Source: Desulfosudaceae bacterium
GTDB taxonomy: Bacteria > Desulfobacterota > Desulfobacteria > Desulfobacterales > Desulfosudaceae
DNA length: 64,000 bases
Direction of reading: 5' to 3'
Assembly: GCA_963674745.2 (NCBI GenBank)
Contig: CAXXDV010000001.1
Coordinates: 864,001-928,000 of the forward strand
Shown here: piece after piece, positions 1 to 12,529 of the stretch
Position numbering within the stretch: the first letter of the stretch is position 1
Layout: each line of letters starts with the position of its first letter
Position numbers and translations under genes: made by a program
Notes under the pieces: generated by a model
Database searches by the model: none
What the model was told of the DNA's origin: nothing
The model's input: the letters and a program-made list of their open reading frames with translations, nothing else

Positions 1-1718
1 CTGATCCTGTCCTGGGTCTTTTTAAACCGCTTATAGGTTTTCTCTCCTCCGGGTCTTTCGACCTGATAGGGCCTCTCGGGCCACTCGGGAGCAGGCTTGT
101 TGTAAATGTATTTTTTAAAGGCCTCTTCAGTGATCAGATTCTCACGGGGCGATATCACATCCAGAAATTTGTTGAACCCGGACAAGCCGGTGAGCCATTT
201 CTCCTGCCATTTCTGAAACGTACTCGGCTCGCCGATGAGGCGCAGATAGTTCCTGCGGATATCCTTCATCCGCTTGCGCACAATATTGTTGGGCGCGTAA
301 ATCTCCATTGGCTTGAGCAGGGGGAAAATGCTAAAGGCCATTCGCTTGTGGTATTGCGAACGATGACCGATGTACTTGTTTTTATGCCTGTTTTCCATGC
401 AATAATCATAGCCGCGCAGGTTGACGTCGATATAGCGGGCCAGGGTGGCGCCGTGGGTTTCATAGAGTTCCCGGTATCCGCGTTCGATCAGGCCCATCAC
501 TTCATGTTCGTTGAAATTTTTCGGGTCCATGCCACCGCCGCCGAAAAAACTGATCGAATTCCAGTCCACATTTTCCTTGATGCGACCCTGCTTTTTCATA
601 TCGCGCCACATGGGCGTGGCCGGGAACGGGCAGACCCGGGTCAATTGCTGGGTGGTCGGCGCAAGGGCGATAAAATCCTGCAGATCTTCTTCGATGTTCT
701 GACGGTTCTGGAAATCAAACCCCACCATCCAGGCGCCGCTGGTGGTGATACCGACACTGTGCAGGCCCGAAAACATATCCTTGTAGCTCAAGCCCTGGGT
801 TTTGCTGTAGCCGTGGTCCTGTGCATATTTGGATTCGACACCGACAAAAACGGTGCTGGCGCCGGTCAGCATCATGTCCTCGAACGTCCAATTGCTCATC
901 GACCGCATGGCGGCGAGGCAATAAAAGCTGTAATAAGCCAGTCCGAATTCGCTGTCCTCCCGGAGCAGCCGGCCCAGCTCCTGCATGTATTCAACGTCTG
1001 CGAAGGAGTCCTCCTCGAGCAGTGTCATCTGAGGCGTGTAGGGGTTTTCACGATAGGCCCGCTTGAATTCCCGGTGAACCTGTTCCGGGGTCATCAACTG
1101 GATACGGCGATGCTGAAAATATTCGGTCGTGCCGCAAAAATCGCATCTGTTCGGGCACCCTACTGAACCGACGACGACGGGGGTCTGGCCTTTTGAACGC
1201 CGGCTGATCATGGGTAACGTCGTTCCCCACTTGGGCAGATGGGAGTGGAACTTGGGCTTGTCGACCGGTTCGCCGAGCAGTTTCCGAAAAAAAGTAATGC
1301 CTTCCTCGTGGCACAGATGATCGCACAGCGCTTTGATCTCTTCGGCTGTCGATGTGGCTTCGAGTCCTGCGGCGCCGAAACCGCCGAGAACGATCTGCGA
1401 CGTCGGGTCCTTTTCGCGGATGGCCCGGCACATCTCGACCGCGTCGTCCATCTGGTTATGAAAAAAGCTAATGCCGATATAGTCGTAACCTTTTTCGATC
1501 TCCTTAAGAAAATCCGCTTTCCCCGGAAATTCCAGCAAAACCGAAGACGAGTCGATATTCTGGGCGATGAGGTGACAGGCGTTCATGTGCAGATGGCCGC
1601 TGAGGGTAAAAATATCGCATCCCCGGCTGAAGCGCTGGTTCATTATGTCGGTGGGAGAGGTGTTGAAAAACTGCTCTGCGTAAGGACCCCATGTGGTGGT
1701 AAAAAGAATTTCGGTCAT
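1..1718 (-). CDS. B12-binding-domain radical SAM protein (partial, runs off left edge)
   Basis: Not in ORF track. Hand translation from ATG 1718 (GGAGG upstream) gives MTEILFTTTWGPY...IVLGGFGA...VGCPNRCDFCGT (CxxxCxxC); the same frame is open in the first 40 nt of the window. Confidence 0.85.
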   Translation of the reverse strand, partial: MTEILFTTTWGPYAEQFFNTSPTDIMNQRFSRGCDIFTLSGHLHMNACHLIAQNIDSSSVLLEFPGKADFLKEIEKGYDYIGISFFHNQMDDAVEMCRAIREKDPTSQIVLGGFGAAGLEATSTAEEIKALCDHLCHEEGITFFRKLLGEPVDKPKFHSHLPKWGTTLPMISRRSKGQTPVVVGSVGCPNRCDFCGTTEYFQHRRIQLMTPEQVHREFKRAYRENPYTPQMTLLEEDSFADVEYMQELGRLLREDSEFGLAYYSFYCLAAMRSMSNWTFEDMMLTGASTVFVGVESKYAQDHGYSKTQGLSYKDMFSGLHSVGITTSGAWMVGFDFQNRQNIEEDLQDFIALAPTTQQLTRVCPFPATPMWRDMKKQGRIKENVDWNSISFFGGGGMDPKNFNEHEVMGLIERGYRELYETHGATLARYIDVNLRGYDYCMENRHKNKYIGHRSQYHKRMAFSIFPLLKPMEIYAPNNIVRKRMKDIRRNYLRLIGEPSTFQKWQEKWLTGLSGFNKFLDVISPRENLITEEAFKKYIYNKPAPEWPERPYQVERPGGEKTYKRFKKTQDRI

Positions 1719-1758
1719 GGCCGCCTCCTGTCGTCAGGTCAACCCGGGCGAACCCTGT

Positions 1759-2511
1759 TCAACCGACTTGCCTGTTTGTTTTTGCCGCCGGCTTGCTTTT
1801 CAACTGTTTTAATTCAGCCTGGATATATTTGTGATGCAGGGCGCTGATGACCTCGTTGATGGCCGGAATCCCCTTTTTCAGCAGGTCGATAATTTCATCG
1901 GCTGATCTGCTGCGCGCGATGCGATCAACAAATATGGACAATTCACTGCTGGTCAGGTCGCGGATAAACCCCAGGTAAACATCCAGCGCCTCGACATTGA
2001 CCCCCATAGCGGCCGAAAAGCCCGCTCCCCTGATATCGCTGAGGGCCTTTATCAGCCGGTAATCGACTTCGTCGTAGTATTTTTTCCCGTTTTTGGATTG
2101 AGGGGTAATGGCCCCCCGTTCCTCGATGGCGGTCATTTCCGCTTCCGTCAAGAGAACGTGTTTCATTACCTCGGAATGGGGAATATCGTAAATTTCAGGA
2201 AGCAGGTCGGTATCATCGGCCAGGCGGGACTTGACCTCGAGGATGAGTTCATAATCCGCCATGGTAAGGTCTTCGCCGGCAAAGAATATTTTCTTAATGG
2301 CCTTTATCGACAACCGCAGCTCGTCCTGAAGGCGTTTAATAAACGACACTTTGCGGATGGCTTCGCGGTCGTAATAGGCCATGTTGCGGGCCGTTTTCTG
2401 GGGTTTTCCCAAAAGCCCTTCGTTTATGTAGTGCCTGATCGTGGACAGGGGAAGACCGCTGGCCTTTGCCAGTTCACCGATTTTCAATTTGTTATCGATT
2501 AAAGTGCCCAC
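1759..2511 (-). CDS. MerR-family transcriptional regulator
   Basis: N-terminal LKIGELAKASGLPLSTIRHYINEGLL MerR HTH; upstream minus-strand TTGACA-17-TAAAGT promoter candidate. Confidence 0.9.
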   Translation of the reverse strand: MGTLIDNKLKIGELAKASGLPLSTIRHYINEGLLGKPQKTARNMAYYDREAIRKVSFIKRLQDELRLSIKAIKKIFFAGEDLTMADYELILEVKSRLADDTDLLPEIYDIPHSEVMKHVLLTEAEMTAIEERGAITPQSKNGKKYYDEVDYRLIKALSDIRGAGFSAAMGVNVEALDVYLGFIRDLTSSELSIFVDRIARSRSADEIIDLLKKGIPAINEVISALHHKYIQAELKQLKSKPAAKTNRQVG

Positions 2512-2813
2512 GGCATCCTCATTAAGTAGCTAGTAATACTGTTTACTTTATGCCTGGTATTTTAAAATGTCAATCATAAAACTTGAAGCTGGTGTTTTTT
2601 GCAGGACAATCGCTTTCCACTTTTTTCTCTGCTTCTGTTAGGAACGTAAATCTACATTCTGAAAAAAAACCGGAGCCCAAAAACCCGTTTCCAGACCTAC
2701 GGGTTTAAAGTGAATTGTCTGGAATATTTTTCATTTAGCGGCTATCATTAATCATATGAAATCGACCGCATGCGGTTGTAAATAAAAACGCAAACCTTTG
2801 AAAGAGAGGGCAT

Positions 2814-3302
2814 ATGTATTCAAAAACCACTTTACGTTTGGCAAAAACGGCACTCTTTGTTTCTCTGGCAATATTTCTGATTTCTTCATATACGAGGGCT
2901 GGAGGGGGATTGCTCGACCCGCCCAAGAAGCACCACTACTTTCACAGCGTCGGCGAAAACTGGGTGTTAAACAATGGTTATTACGCCCTGCTGTATATAA
3001 CGTATGACGGCTACAATCTTAAAAACGGCCAGAGGATTACCGGCCGCGGGGGTTTTGGCGGCGTAACCACTGACGACAGAAAGCAGAACGGAACGATTTC
3101 AGTTAATATCAAGCTGTACAGAACCAATGGAGACGCGTTTGTCGCCGAGAAGAACTGGTCCGGGAGTCTTGGCTCCAGCAGAAACGGGGTATCCTGGCGT
3201 TACACCCCCCCGGGGGACAGCTATTGGGCCATTGACAGCTCTTTTTATTTCCAGAAAGAATCCACCTCGAACAGCGGTGCCATTTATGTCAAGGTAACTT
3301 AA
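2814..3302 (+). CDS. Hypothetical secreted protein
   Basis: GAGGG RBS, signal-peptide-like N-terminus, aromatic/Gly/Ser-rich mature part. Confidence 0.65.
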   Translation: MYSKTTLRLAKTALFVSLAIFLISSYTRAGGGLLDPPKKHHYFHSVGENWVLNNGYYALLYITYDGYNLKNGQRITGRGGFGGVTTDDRKQNGTISVNIKLYRTNGDAFVAEKNWSGSLGSSRNGVSWRYTPPGDSYWAIDSSFYFQKESTSNSGAIYVKVT

Positions 3303-3384
3303 AAACAGGGAACGAATTTCGGGCAAATGATTCTTATCCGGGCCCAATAACAGGCGACAAGCAACTTTTACATGGGAGGAAATC

Positions 3385-3738
3385 ATGAAACACAAGAACA
3401 AAATTCGCGGGTTGATGTTGTTTCTGTCAGGAATTGTCACGGCTGTCATCCTGCAATCCGGGTTTCCAGGCCTGAATAAGGCTCTGGCGGATCAGTACGC
3501 GTGCATCCGTACGGACCTGAATGCCCAAGGCATGACCGGAAACATTCCCAATCCCGAATTCACCATCACCTACGATGTGCCCTCATGCTATGCGAGTAAC
3601 GGATACAGCGTTGAGCGGGTTTACATGTACGGTGACCAGGTCGCTGTACACTATAAAGGCTCCAGCGCCACATCTTCTATCCTTAACACCTTACAAGGGG
3701 GATCCAGAGGCGGATCAGGATTCAGCCCCATTCCCTGA
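3385..3738 (+). CDS. Hypothetical secreted protein
   Basis: GGAGG RBS, signal peptide ending ALA, two Cys. Confidence 0.7.
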   Translation: MKHKNKIRGLMLFLSGIVTAVILQSGFPGLNKALADQYACIRTDLNAQGMTGNIPNPEFTITYDVPSCYASNGYSVERVYMYGDQVAVHYKGSSATSSILNTLQGGSRGGSGFSPIP

Positions 3739-3910
3739 CATACCTGAATCTGAAAGGTCTTATTTACATATTCTTTATTCTCCTTGACCCCGGGAAAACC
3801 GCTGTGATAGAGACAGGGCAGCCTTGAGGCCGACACGAAAACCAACGGCTTGGGAAAATCATCCTGAGCCGTTTTTGTTTCTAATCCCGAACGAAGAAAG
3901 GAGAAAAACA

Positions 3911-4393
3911 GTGATCCGTTTGTTGGAAAAAGCCGTCGTGGCTTTTATTTTCGCAAGTTTGATGTTTATGCAAACCGCCGATGCAGGTGAACGCCATCAT
4001 TTTAAAAACCTGGCCGAGGCCAAACAGGTGGAAATTTTAAAAAATGAAACCCGAAAAGCCGTTCCCGACGCATTTAAACAGGCCGAGTCGGGCAGTGACG
4101 GCCAGGACATTTTTGCCATCTACAAGAAGTCACCCCAGGAAGTTATCTCGGTGAACCTCAGAAGCGTCAATGACATGGCTTTTGACGATGTGGAGACCCT
4201 GTCCATCGATGGACGGAAAACAATATTCTTTTATGCCGGAACCCAAAAAAACGGTTTTCTGGTGGTTACGCTGAACAACAATGCCGGATACTTTTTTTTA
4301 GGGTACAACAAACCCTATATGGGGGACGATATCGTCAAAAAAGATGAATTGCTTCAAATCGCCAGGAAGATGAATCTGTCCCGGTTTGAGTAA
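3911..4393 (+). CDS. Hypothetical secreted protein
   Basis: AGGAGA RBS before GTG 3911; signal peptide ending ADA; ORF-track start 3824 looks over-extended. Confidence 0.65.
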   Translation: MIRLLEKAVVAFIFASLMFMQTADAGERHHFKNLAEAKQVEILKNETRKAVPDAFKQAESGSDGQDIFAIYKKSPQEVISVNLRSVNDMAFDDVETLSIDGRKTIFFYAGTQKNGFLVVTLNNNAGYFFLGYNKPYMGDDIVKKDELLQIARKMNLSRFE

Positions 4394-4463
4394 AAACGGC
4401 CGTAATGATAAATGATGACCGTTTTTTTGAAAACAAGACTGTGCCTGAAAGACGGTAATGATT

Positions 4464-4514
4464 AAAAAAGCGGGCGGTATTTCAGCTTGTATAGAAATAC
4501 CGCCCGCTTTTTTT
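4464..4514. terminator. Bidirectional intrinsic terminator
   Basis: AAAAAAGCGGGCGGTATTTC...GAAATACCGCCCGCTTTTTT between convergent genes. Confidence 0.85.
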
Positions 4515-4598
4515 AAGCACCATGAGCGATCCAAACAGCCGCCACTTTCTGACGGCAATCCCTTCTGACAGCCCCTACTTAAGAAGCCCTCAAGCGGT

Positions 4599-6905
<2,307 letters not shown>

Positions 6906-7033
6906 TTATCACAAAATCAGGACTGTACGTCAACATAACTCTGGAACCCCTTTTGCCCTTTTTAATTGCGCCACCCGGAGATCGTTGCTATAACCGACCA
7001 AAACCCCCCAACACAGCAGGCCAAAGAACAACA

Positions 7034-8842
7034 GTGAAGCCTTCCGCATATAAATGGACAACACATTTTTCCCAGTTGCCCGAACAACGGTTCTGGTTGA
7101 TTGCCGGCATCATCCTGCTGCTGGCGGCAGCGCTTCGTCTGGCGGCCCTCTTTTCGCTGCGGTCAACAATCTATTTTGACCATCTGCTATATGACGAACT
7201 GTTTTATCACAACTGGGCGGCGAAAATCGCCGACGGCACCTGGCACAGCACCGCCGTATACGAATTTGCCCCGCTGTTTGCTTATGTTGCGGCCGGTGTC
7301 TATAAACTGTTTTCAGCGAATGCGATTTATATTCGTTACCTGAACATCGGTTTCGGGGTCCTGACCTGCTTGGGCATCGGACTGGTGGCCCGCGAAATCG
7401 GCGGCCGGCGGCTGGGACTGGCGGCCATGCTGGTCGCGGCCCTGTACAAACCGCTGATCCTTTACAGCGTGGTGCCCCTGAAAACAGCCCTTTCCGTTAT
7501 GCTGTTTTCCATGTTCATGTGGTTTTTCCTGTCCGGCCTGAACGCTTCGCCCAAAGCCCGAAACGGGTTTTTAGCCGGTATGGCCGGCGGCCTGATGGTC
7601 AATGTCCGGCCCAATTACCTGGCGCTCATTCCCGTGGTGGTGGTGTTTCTGCTGATCATCGGTTACCGGGACGGCCGGGGCATAAAGCGCGCCGTTTGGC
7701 CGGCCGCTCTGCTGCTGGCCGGTTTTGGGATCTGCATTTCACCTTTTGTGATACGTAATTTCCGGGTTGCCGGAAAAGCCGCCCTGACGGCTTCACAGGC
7801 CGGTTTTAATTTTTATACCGGCAACGACCTGGAAAACAAATCCCCTTATTACCGGCCGGAACCATTTGCCTCTTCTTCGCCCTTTTACCAGGGCGTCCAG
7901 TTCAACATCGAAGCCAGCCGTCGGGTCGGCCGCCAGTTGTCACCCCGTCAGGCATCGTCCTTCTGGATCCGTACCACGCTTGAGCAGTCATTGGCTTCTC
8001 CCGGGGCCATCGCCAAAAAAATCGGCCTTAAGGCCCTGGCTTTTTTCAACCGTTTCGAGGCCGCGGATCATTATCACATCGGTTTTATCAGCCGATTCGC
8101 ACCGTTTTTCCGGCTGCCCCTGTTCCGATACGACCTCGTCCTGGCCGCGGCCATGGCCGGTCTGGCCGCCGGCCTGGCCGGGAACCGCAAAATCTTCGCC
8201 GCCGGTCTTGTTTTTGCCGTATACGGCCTGACGTTGACCGCCTTTTTCTGCAATGCCCGCTACCGGCTGCCGGTCTTGGTTATTTTGATTCCGCTGGCCG
8301 TCTACGGAATCCGTGGTTTCATCCATTCACTCCAGGCCCGGAAGTTAAAAAAGGCCGCAGGCTTGATGGCTGTAGCTGGCCTGGCCTTGTGCGTCAGCTG
8401 GTTGCCGGTCACCGGTACGGACGATATGACGGGATATTACAATACCCACGCCCTGGTTCTCAGCCGGCAGGGCCGCGTTGATGAGGCAATGGGCTTCTGG
8501 AAAATTTCTTCGGATATGAAACAACCCTATTCGGATTTTGCCGACCTGGCCCTGGCCGGTGCTTACTGGCGAAAGGGCGACCCGGAAAAAACCATGACGT
8601 ATTTGAATAAAGTTTCAGACCACGGTCTGGCCGCCGCCGGCAAATATGAGTTTCTGGGAGATCTGGCCGTAAAAGCCGATGATTATCAAAAAGCCGCCGC
8701 CCATTACCGCACATCAATCAGGATAAACAGCGGACAGCTGGACGTCAGAAGAAAGCTGATCAAAGTTCTGGAATCGATCGACCCGACTGAAGCGGCCGGG
8801 CAGCGGGCCGAATGGTTCAGAATCCGCGCCTATTATCCATAA
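7034..8842 (+). CDS. GT-C fold (PMT/ArnT-like) membrane glycosyltransferase with C-terminal TPR
   Basis: Many TM segments, YDE motif after TM1, NVRPNY and ARYRLP motifs, TPR-like tail; start uncertain (6953 or 7034). Confidence 0.75.
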   Translation: MKPSAYKWTTHFSQLPEQRFWLIAGIILLLAAALRLAALFSLRSTIYFDHLLYDELFYHNWAAKIADGTWHSTAVYEFAPLFAYVAAGVYKLFSANAIYIRYLNIGFGVLTCLGIGLVAREIGGRRLGLAAMLVAALYKPLILYSVVPLKTALSVMLFSMFMWFFLSGLNASPKARNGFLAGMAGGLMVNVRPNYLALIPVVVVFLLIIGYRDGRGIKRAVWPAALLLAGFGICISPFVIRNFRVAGKAALTASQAGFNFYTGNDLENKSPYYRPEPFASSSPFYQGVQFNIEASRRVGRQLSPRQASSFWIRTTLEQSLASPGAIAKKIGLKALAFFNRFEAADHYHIGFISRFAPFFRLPLFRYDLVLAAAMAGLAAGLAGNRKIFAAGLVFAVYGLTLTAFFCNARYRLPVLVILIPLAVYGIRGFIHSLQARKLKKAAGLMAVAGLALCVSWLPVTGTDDMTGYYNTHALVLSRQGRVDEAMGFWKISSDMKQPYSDFADLALAGAYWRKGDPEKTMTYLNKVSDHGLAAAGKYEFLGDLAVKADDYQKAAAHYRTSIRINSGQLDVRRKLIKVLESIDPTEAAGQRAEWFRIRAYYP

Positions 8843-8878
8843 TGGCGTCGTAAAAAGTTCGCCTTTTTACGAGTGCAT
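8842..8878. repeat. Short inverted repeat (terminator or MITE-end relic)
   Basis: TCGTAAAAAG/CTTTTTACGA perfect 10-bp stem between convergent genes; TCGTAAAAAGT recurs at 36539. Confidence 0.5.
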
Positions 8879-8895
8879 CATCAATAGCCTTTTCT

Positions 8896-9309
8896 TTATT
8901 CATTCACCGCGGCGGCCATGGCCACGTTTTCCGCGCCGGCCAGCTTGCAGGCGTCCATTACCCGCATGGCCACGCCGGTAAGACTGTCCTTATCCGCCAC
9001 GATCATCACCCCGGCTTCCGGATTTTCCGCCAGGGCCCGTTCCACGTTGACACGGACCGCCCGGAGGTCGATTTCCCGTTGGGCCATGTAAATCCGGTTG
9101 TCCGGGGTAATGCCGATCATAACCGTCATTTTTTCTTTGCTGACGGCAGTGGCGGCCGCCGGCCGGTTGATATCCACGCCGGTCTCCCGGACAAAGCTGG
9201 TGGTCACCAGAAAGAAAATCAGCAGGATGAAGACCATGTCGATCAACGGCGCCATGTTCAGCTCCACCCCTTTTTTCTGTGATCGTCTGGCGGCGGTAAT
9301 GTTCAGCAT
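8896..9309 (-). CDS. exbD: Biopolymer transporter ExbD
   Basis: LNMAPLIDMVFILLIFFLVT motif. Confidence 0.93.
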   Translation of the reverse strand: MLNITAARRSQKKGVELNMAPLIDMVFILLIFFLVTTSFVRETGVDINRPAAATAVSKEKMTVMIGITPDNRIYMAQREIDLRAVRVNVERALAENPEAGVMIVADKDSLTGVAMRVMDACKLAGAENVAMAAAVNE

Positions 9310-9322
9310 CTTGATCTTCCTG

Positions 9323-9937
9323 TCAATTATCCAAAAACCGTTTCAAATAAATGCCCGCCGACGCGGCCCGCTGTTTAATGGTCGTGGCCCGTTGCGCCAG
9401 AAAACCGCTCATGTACAGACCGGGAATGGAAACCAGCAGACCGGTCTGGGTCGTAATCAGGGCTTCGGATATGCCGCCGGCCAGGGCCCGGACATTGCCT
9501 GTTCCAAACTGGGTAATGACATCAAAGGTGACAATCATACCAATGACCGTTCCCAGCAGGCCCATCAGCGGGGCCACCCCCGCCAGGATACTGATGGCGG
9601 ACTGGTGACGGTCCAGCGCGGTGACCATGGCCAGGACCGTTTCGTCAAGGATGTGCGCGTCCAGTTCCGGGTTCCCGCAGCGGCGCCTTAAAAATGATCG
9701 CACCAGGGCAGCGTTTACACCGCGATATTGGGGCCCGGGCAGGCGGTTTTCACTGATCATCCGTCCGGCCTCCCGGCGGGGAATGTTCTTCATGTAAAGA
9801 CGCCTTAAAAACAGGGCCCGGTTGATAATCAGCACCCACATGACAAAGGAGATAACCAGCAGCGGAATCATCACCACGCCTCCGTCAGAGAGATAACCGT
9901 AAATGCGAATACCATAGTCCTGGATGTAATATATCAT
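9323..9937 (-). CDS. exbB: MotA/TolQ/ExbB proton channel protein
   Basis: APLMGLLGTVIGMI and GGISEALITTQTGL motifs. Confidence 0.9.
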   Translation of the reverse strand: MIYYIQDYGIRIYGYLSDGGVVMIPLLVISFVMWVLIINRALFLRRLYMKNIPRREAGRMISENRLPGPQYRGVNAALVRSFLRRRCGNPELDAHILDETVLAMVTALDRHQSAISILAGVAPLMGLLGTVIGMIVTFDVITQFGTGNVRALAGGISEALITTQTGLLVSIPGLYMSGFLAQRATTIKQRAASAGIYLKRFLDN

Positions 9938-9945
9938 TTCCCTTT

Positions 9946-10000
9946 TAACCCTGGCGCCCTAAACCTTGAACCTCAAACCTTGAACCTTGAACCCTGAACC
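9946..10000. repeat. Degenerate heptamer tandem repeat (AACCTTG)n
   Basis: aaccctg-gcgccct-aaaccttg-aacctca-aaccttg-aaccttg-aaccctg-aacc. Confidence 0.7.
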
Positions 10001-11427
10001 TATCTGCCTCTTGTTTTAAACACCTGGTTCACAAAGGAAACCGCCTTCTCCTCCATCTGGCCGATAATATTTTCCACCCGGCGGCTGATCAGCGTGTGGG
10101 CCAGCATGAGGGGAATGGCCACGCACAAGCCCAGCATGGTAGTTACCAGGGCTTCGGAAATACCGCCCGACATCATGCGGGGATCGCCCGTACCGTAATA
10201 CGTAATGGCATGAAAGGTGTTGATCATGCCGGTTACCGTTCCCAGCAAGCCCATCAGCGGTGCGATGGCCGCCAGCATGCCCAGGGTGGACAGAAACCGC
10301 TCCAGACGCGGCACCTCATTCAATATCGCTTCCTGCAGGGCGTTTTCCATGTCCTCACGGCTCATCTGCCTGTAATCCAGCGCGGTATGGATCACCTTGG
10401 GCACGGATTTGTCTTTGTCGTTCCGGCACAGCTCCCGGCAGGCCGTCCAGTCGTCGCGGCCGACGCATTCAGAAACCCGGGCCATGAAGGTTTCAGCATC
10501 GCAATTGCGTTTGGCAAGATACCGGAACCGCTCGACCGTGATGACCGCCCCGATAGCAAGAATCAGCAGAATCGGCCAGACAATGGGGCCGCCCCTGGGA
10601 ATCTGGGCCATCAGGCTCAGCTTGTGGGTCAACTGCCTGAGCGCGGCGCCGCCGGAAATGTCAAGGCAAACCGCGTCATCGTCCCCGGCCATGTATTTTT
10701 TTATCTGGCGGGCCACGGAAAAGGACGGTTTCCGGGACAGGGCAAAAAGACGATGGCTGCTGTCGGAAAACAGCGCAAAACCCATTTCCGACGATGTCCG
10801 GTAGGCAACCGTCAGGTTCCCGACCAGTAAAATCTCGGCCGGAGAGGTTGCGCCGCTGCGATCGACCACGGTTCCGGAAGTTTTGCGGACCTGCCCGGAC
10901 AATTCAATTTCTTCGAGCAACAGATCGACCATGCGGCGGACATTGTCCATGGAGGGGAACCGCCTGGCGTCGGCCAGTTCCTGTGCCAGCGACTGCCGGT
11001 CGGGAACAAAGGCGCTCTGGGGACTTTGCCGGAACAGTTCATCCAGGTCTTTGGCGTTGGTTCGGACATACCCGATAATCTCCCGGACCACACCTGACAC
11101 TTCGGCATAGACTGTCTGGAGCTGATTTCCCTTTTCTGTCAATTGCTGCAACTGGTTTTCGGTATCGGCAATCTGCGTTTTCAGACGACTGTTTTTCTGC
11201 TCCAGGTCGGCCATGGCCTGGAGCAGGGCGTCTTTATCTTTTAAAATCGCCTGCCGGCTCTGTTCGGCCTCGGCCTCGGCCTGAAGAGCCGCCGTTTCGG
11301 CCTGACGCAGGACCGCCGCCTGCTGTTCCCGCATTTTCACGTAGTCGGCCCGCATGTCTCCGGCCGACAGGGGCAAAGGCGAGCACAACAGAAGCAGGCA
11401 CAGAAACAGGCAGGATTTTTTTTTCAT
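10000..11427 (-). CDS. Long MotA/TolQ/ExbB protein with N-terminal coiled coil
   Basis: Signal peptide MKKKSCLF from ATG 11427 (overlaps upstream stop); APLMGLLGTVTGMI, GGISEALVTT. Confidence 0.9.
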   Translation of the reverse strand: MKKKSCLFLCLLLLCSPLPLSAGDMRADYVKMREQQAAVLRQAETAALQAEAEAEQSRQAILKDKDALLQAMADLEQKNSRLKTQIADTENQLQQLTEKGNQLQTVYAEVSGVVREIIGYVRTNAKDLDELFRQSPQSAFVPDRQSLAQELADARRFPSMDNVRRMVDLLLEEIELSGQVRKTSGTVVDRSGATSPAEILLVGNLTVAYRTSSEMGFALFSDSSHRLFALSRKPSFSVARQIKKYMAGDDDAVCLDISGGAALRQLTHKLSLMAQIPRGGPIVWPILLILAIGAVITVERFRYLAKRNCDAETFMARVSECVGRDDWTACRELCRNDKDKSVPKVIHTALDYRQMSREDMENALQEAILNEVPRLERFLSTLGMLAAIAPLMGLLGTVTGMINTFHAITYYGTGDPRMMSGGISEALVTTMLGLCVAIPLMLAHTLISRRVENIIGQMEEKAVSFVNQVFKTRGR

Positions 11428-12215
11428 TTCCCGCCCTCCTGTTGCCCGGCCAGTCGGCCCAGGGGCAACCGCACCAGATCCGTTGGCCGTCGCTTCTCGG
11501 CCATGTCGATGGCGGCCTGCAACTCCCGCTGCCAGTGCCCGGGAAGTAAGCGCCATTCCGACTCGGCCACATTATAGTAGCCGGCCAGTTCCTGGTCCGG
11601 GGACAGGCAGAACAAGGCGATCCGCCCCACCCGAAGAACAAAAAACTGCCGCTGGTTGCCTTCCAGCTCAATCTGCTCCTGATAGACTTCGGTGGTGTTG
11701 CCATAGGACGCTTCAATAAAGAGGGTTTCCATGGTTTTGCGGAATTTTTCACTGGTGCTCGTCTGGGCATCATCCAGCGTTTCTTTTAGATGATCCAGAG
11801 GCACCGTTCGTTCCACGGCCAGAAACGGCATGCCGTCTTCAACCAGCCGGACCAATCGGGGATAGACCGTTTCCAGAAAAGGCAGGATAGCGGCGGCCAT
11901 TTTTCCGGCCTCCTGTATCCGGGTTTCAAGTGACTGGTTGGTGGTCTTTTGTTCGGCCACCGATTCCTGCAGTTGACTCAGCCGATCGGTTAAAACGGCC
12001 TGTTCCTGCACAAGCGCTTCATACCTGGCAACCAGCCGCCCCCGCTCGGCTTGCCATTGATCAAGTTCCACCTGGGTACGGACGCGGGTATCGATGGACT
12101 GGTCAATAGGCGCCCGTAATTGCCCGGCAAACTCCTGAGCCGCCAGCGGCAAACAGGTCCGAACACATACGGCAAGTGTAATGCAAACCGTCAGCATTGA
12201 ACGTTTAATCAGCAT
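11424..12215 (-). CDS. DUF3450-family periplasmic coiled-coil protein (TonB system accessory)
   Basis: Signal peptide, coiled coil, MPF..ER, EKFR, EASYG, LRVGRIALF motifs; upstream of ExbB-ExbB-ExbD. Confidence 0.85.
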   Translation of the reverse strand: MLIKRSMLTVCITLAVCVRTCLPLAAQEFAGQLRAPIDQSIDTRVRTQVELDQWQAERGRLVARYEALVQEQAVLTDRLSQLQESVAEQKTTNQSLETRIQEAGKMAAAILPFLETVYPRLVRLVEDGMPFLAVERTVPLDHLKETLDDAQTSTSEKFRKTMETLFIEASYGNTTEVYQEQIELEGNQRQFFVLRVGRIALFCLSPDQELAGYYNVAESEWRLLPGHWQRELQAAIDMAEKRRPTDLVRLPLGRLAGQQEGGK

Positions 12216-12316
12216 GCTTTTCTCCCCAGCCCTAACACGAATATTTCATAAATTTTCCCAGCCCGGGCGAGCCACCTTGAGCATACGTGCTTTGTTGCAG
12301 GCCGCTCGCAAATCTT

Positions 12317-12375
12317 GTAGGGGCGGCCCCCTGTGGCCGCCCTGTTGAAGGGCACCCACAGGGGGGTGCCCCTAC
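12317..12375. repeat. GTAG-type REP doublet
   Basis: GTAGGGGCGGCCCCCTGTGGCCGCCC...GGGCACCCACAGGGGGGTGCCCCTAC; relatives at 23658, 23762, 50759. Confidence 0.85.
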
Positions 12376-12389
12376 GTGAGCAGGCGTCC

Positions 12390-12432
12390 GGAACCTTGCC
12401 CCCTGGAATCCTCGGCCCCTTGAACCCTCTAA
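12390..12432. repeat. Degenerate octamer repeat (CCCCTTGA/AACCCTCG family)
   Basis: Same family at 44974, 45577, 45721. Confidence 0.6.
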
Positions 12433-12529
12433 ATACAAATCCCGGACCGCAACTCAACGATCCGGGAATAACCCTGTTTTATCCGCAAGATCCTGCGATA
12501 TCCGCTGCGCCCACAGCAAAACCGCTCCT

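Noticed and set aside
348..1847. Plus-strand ORFs of 272 and 202 aa
   Set aside because: Antisense shadows of the radical SAM gene
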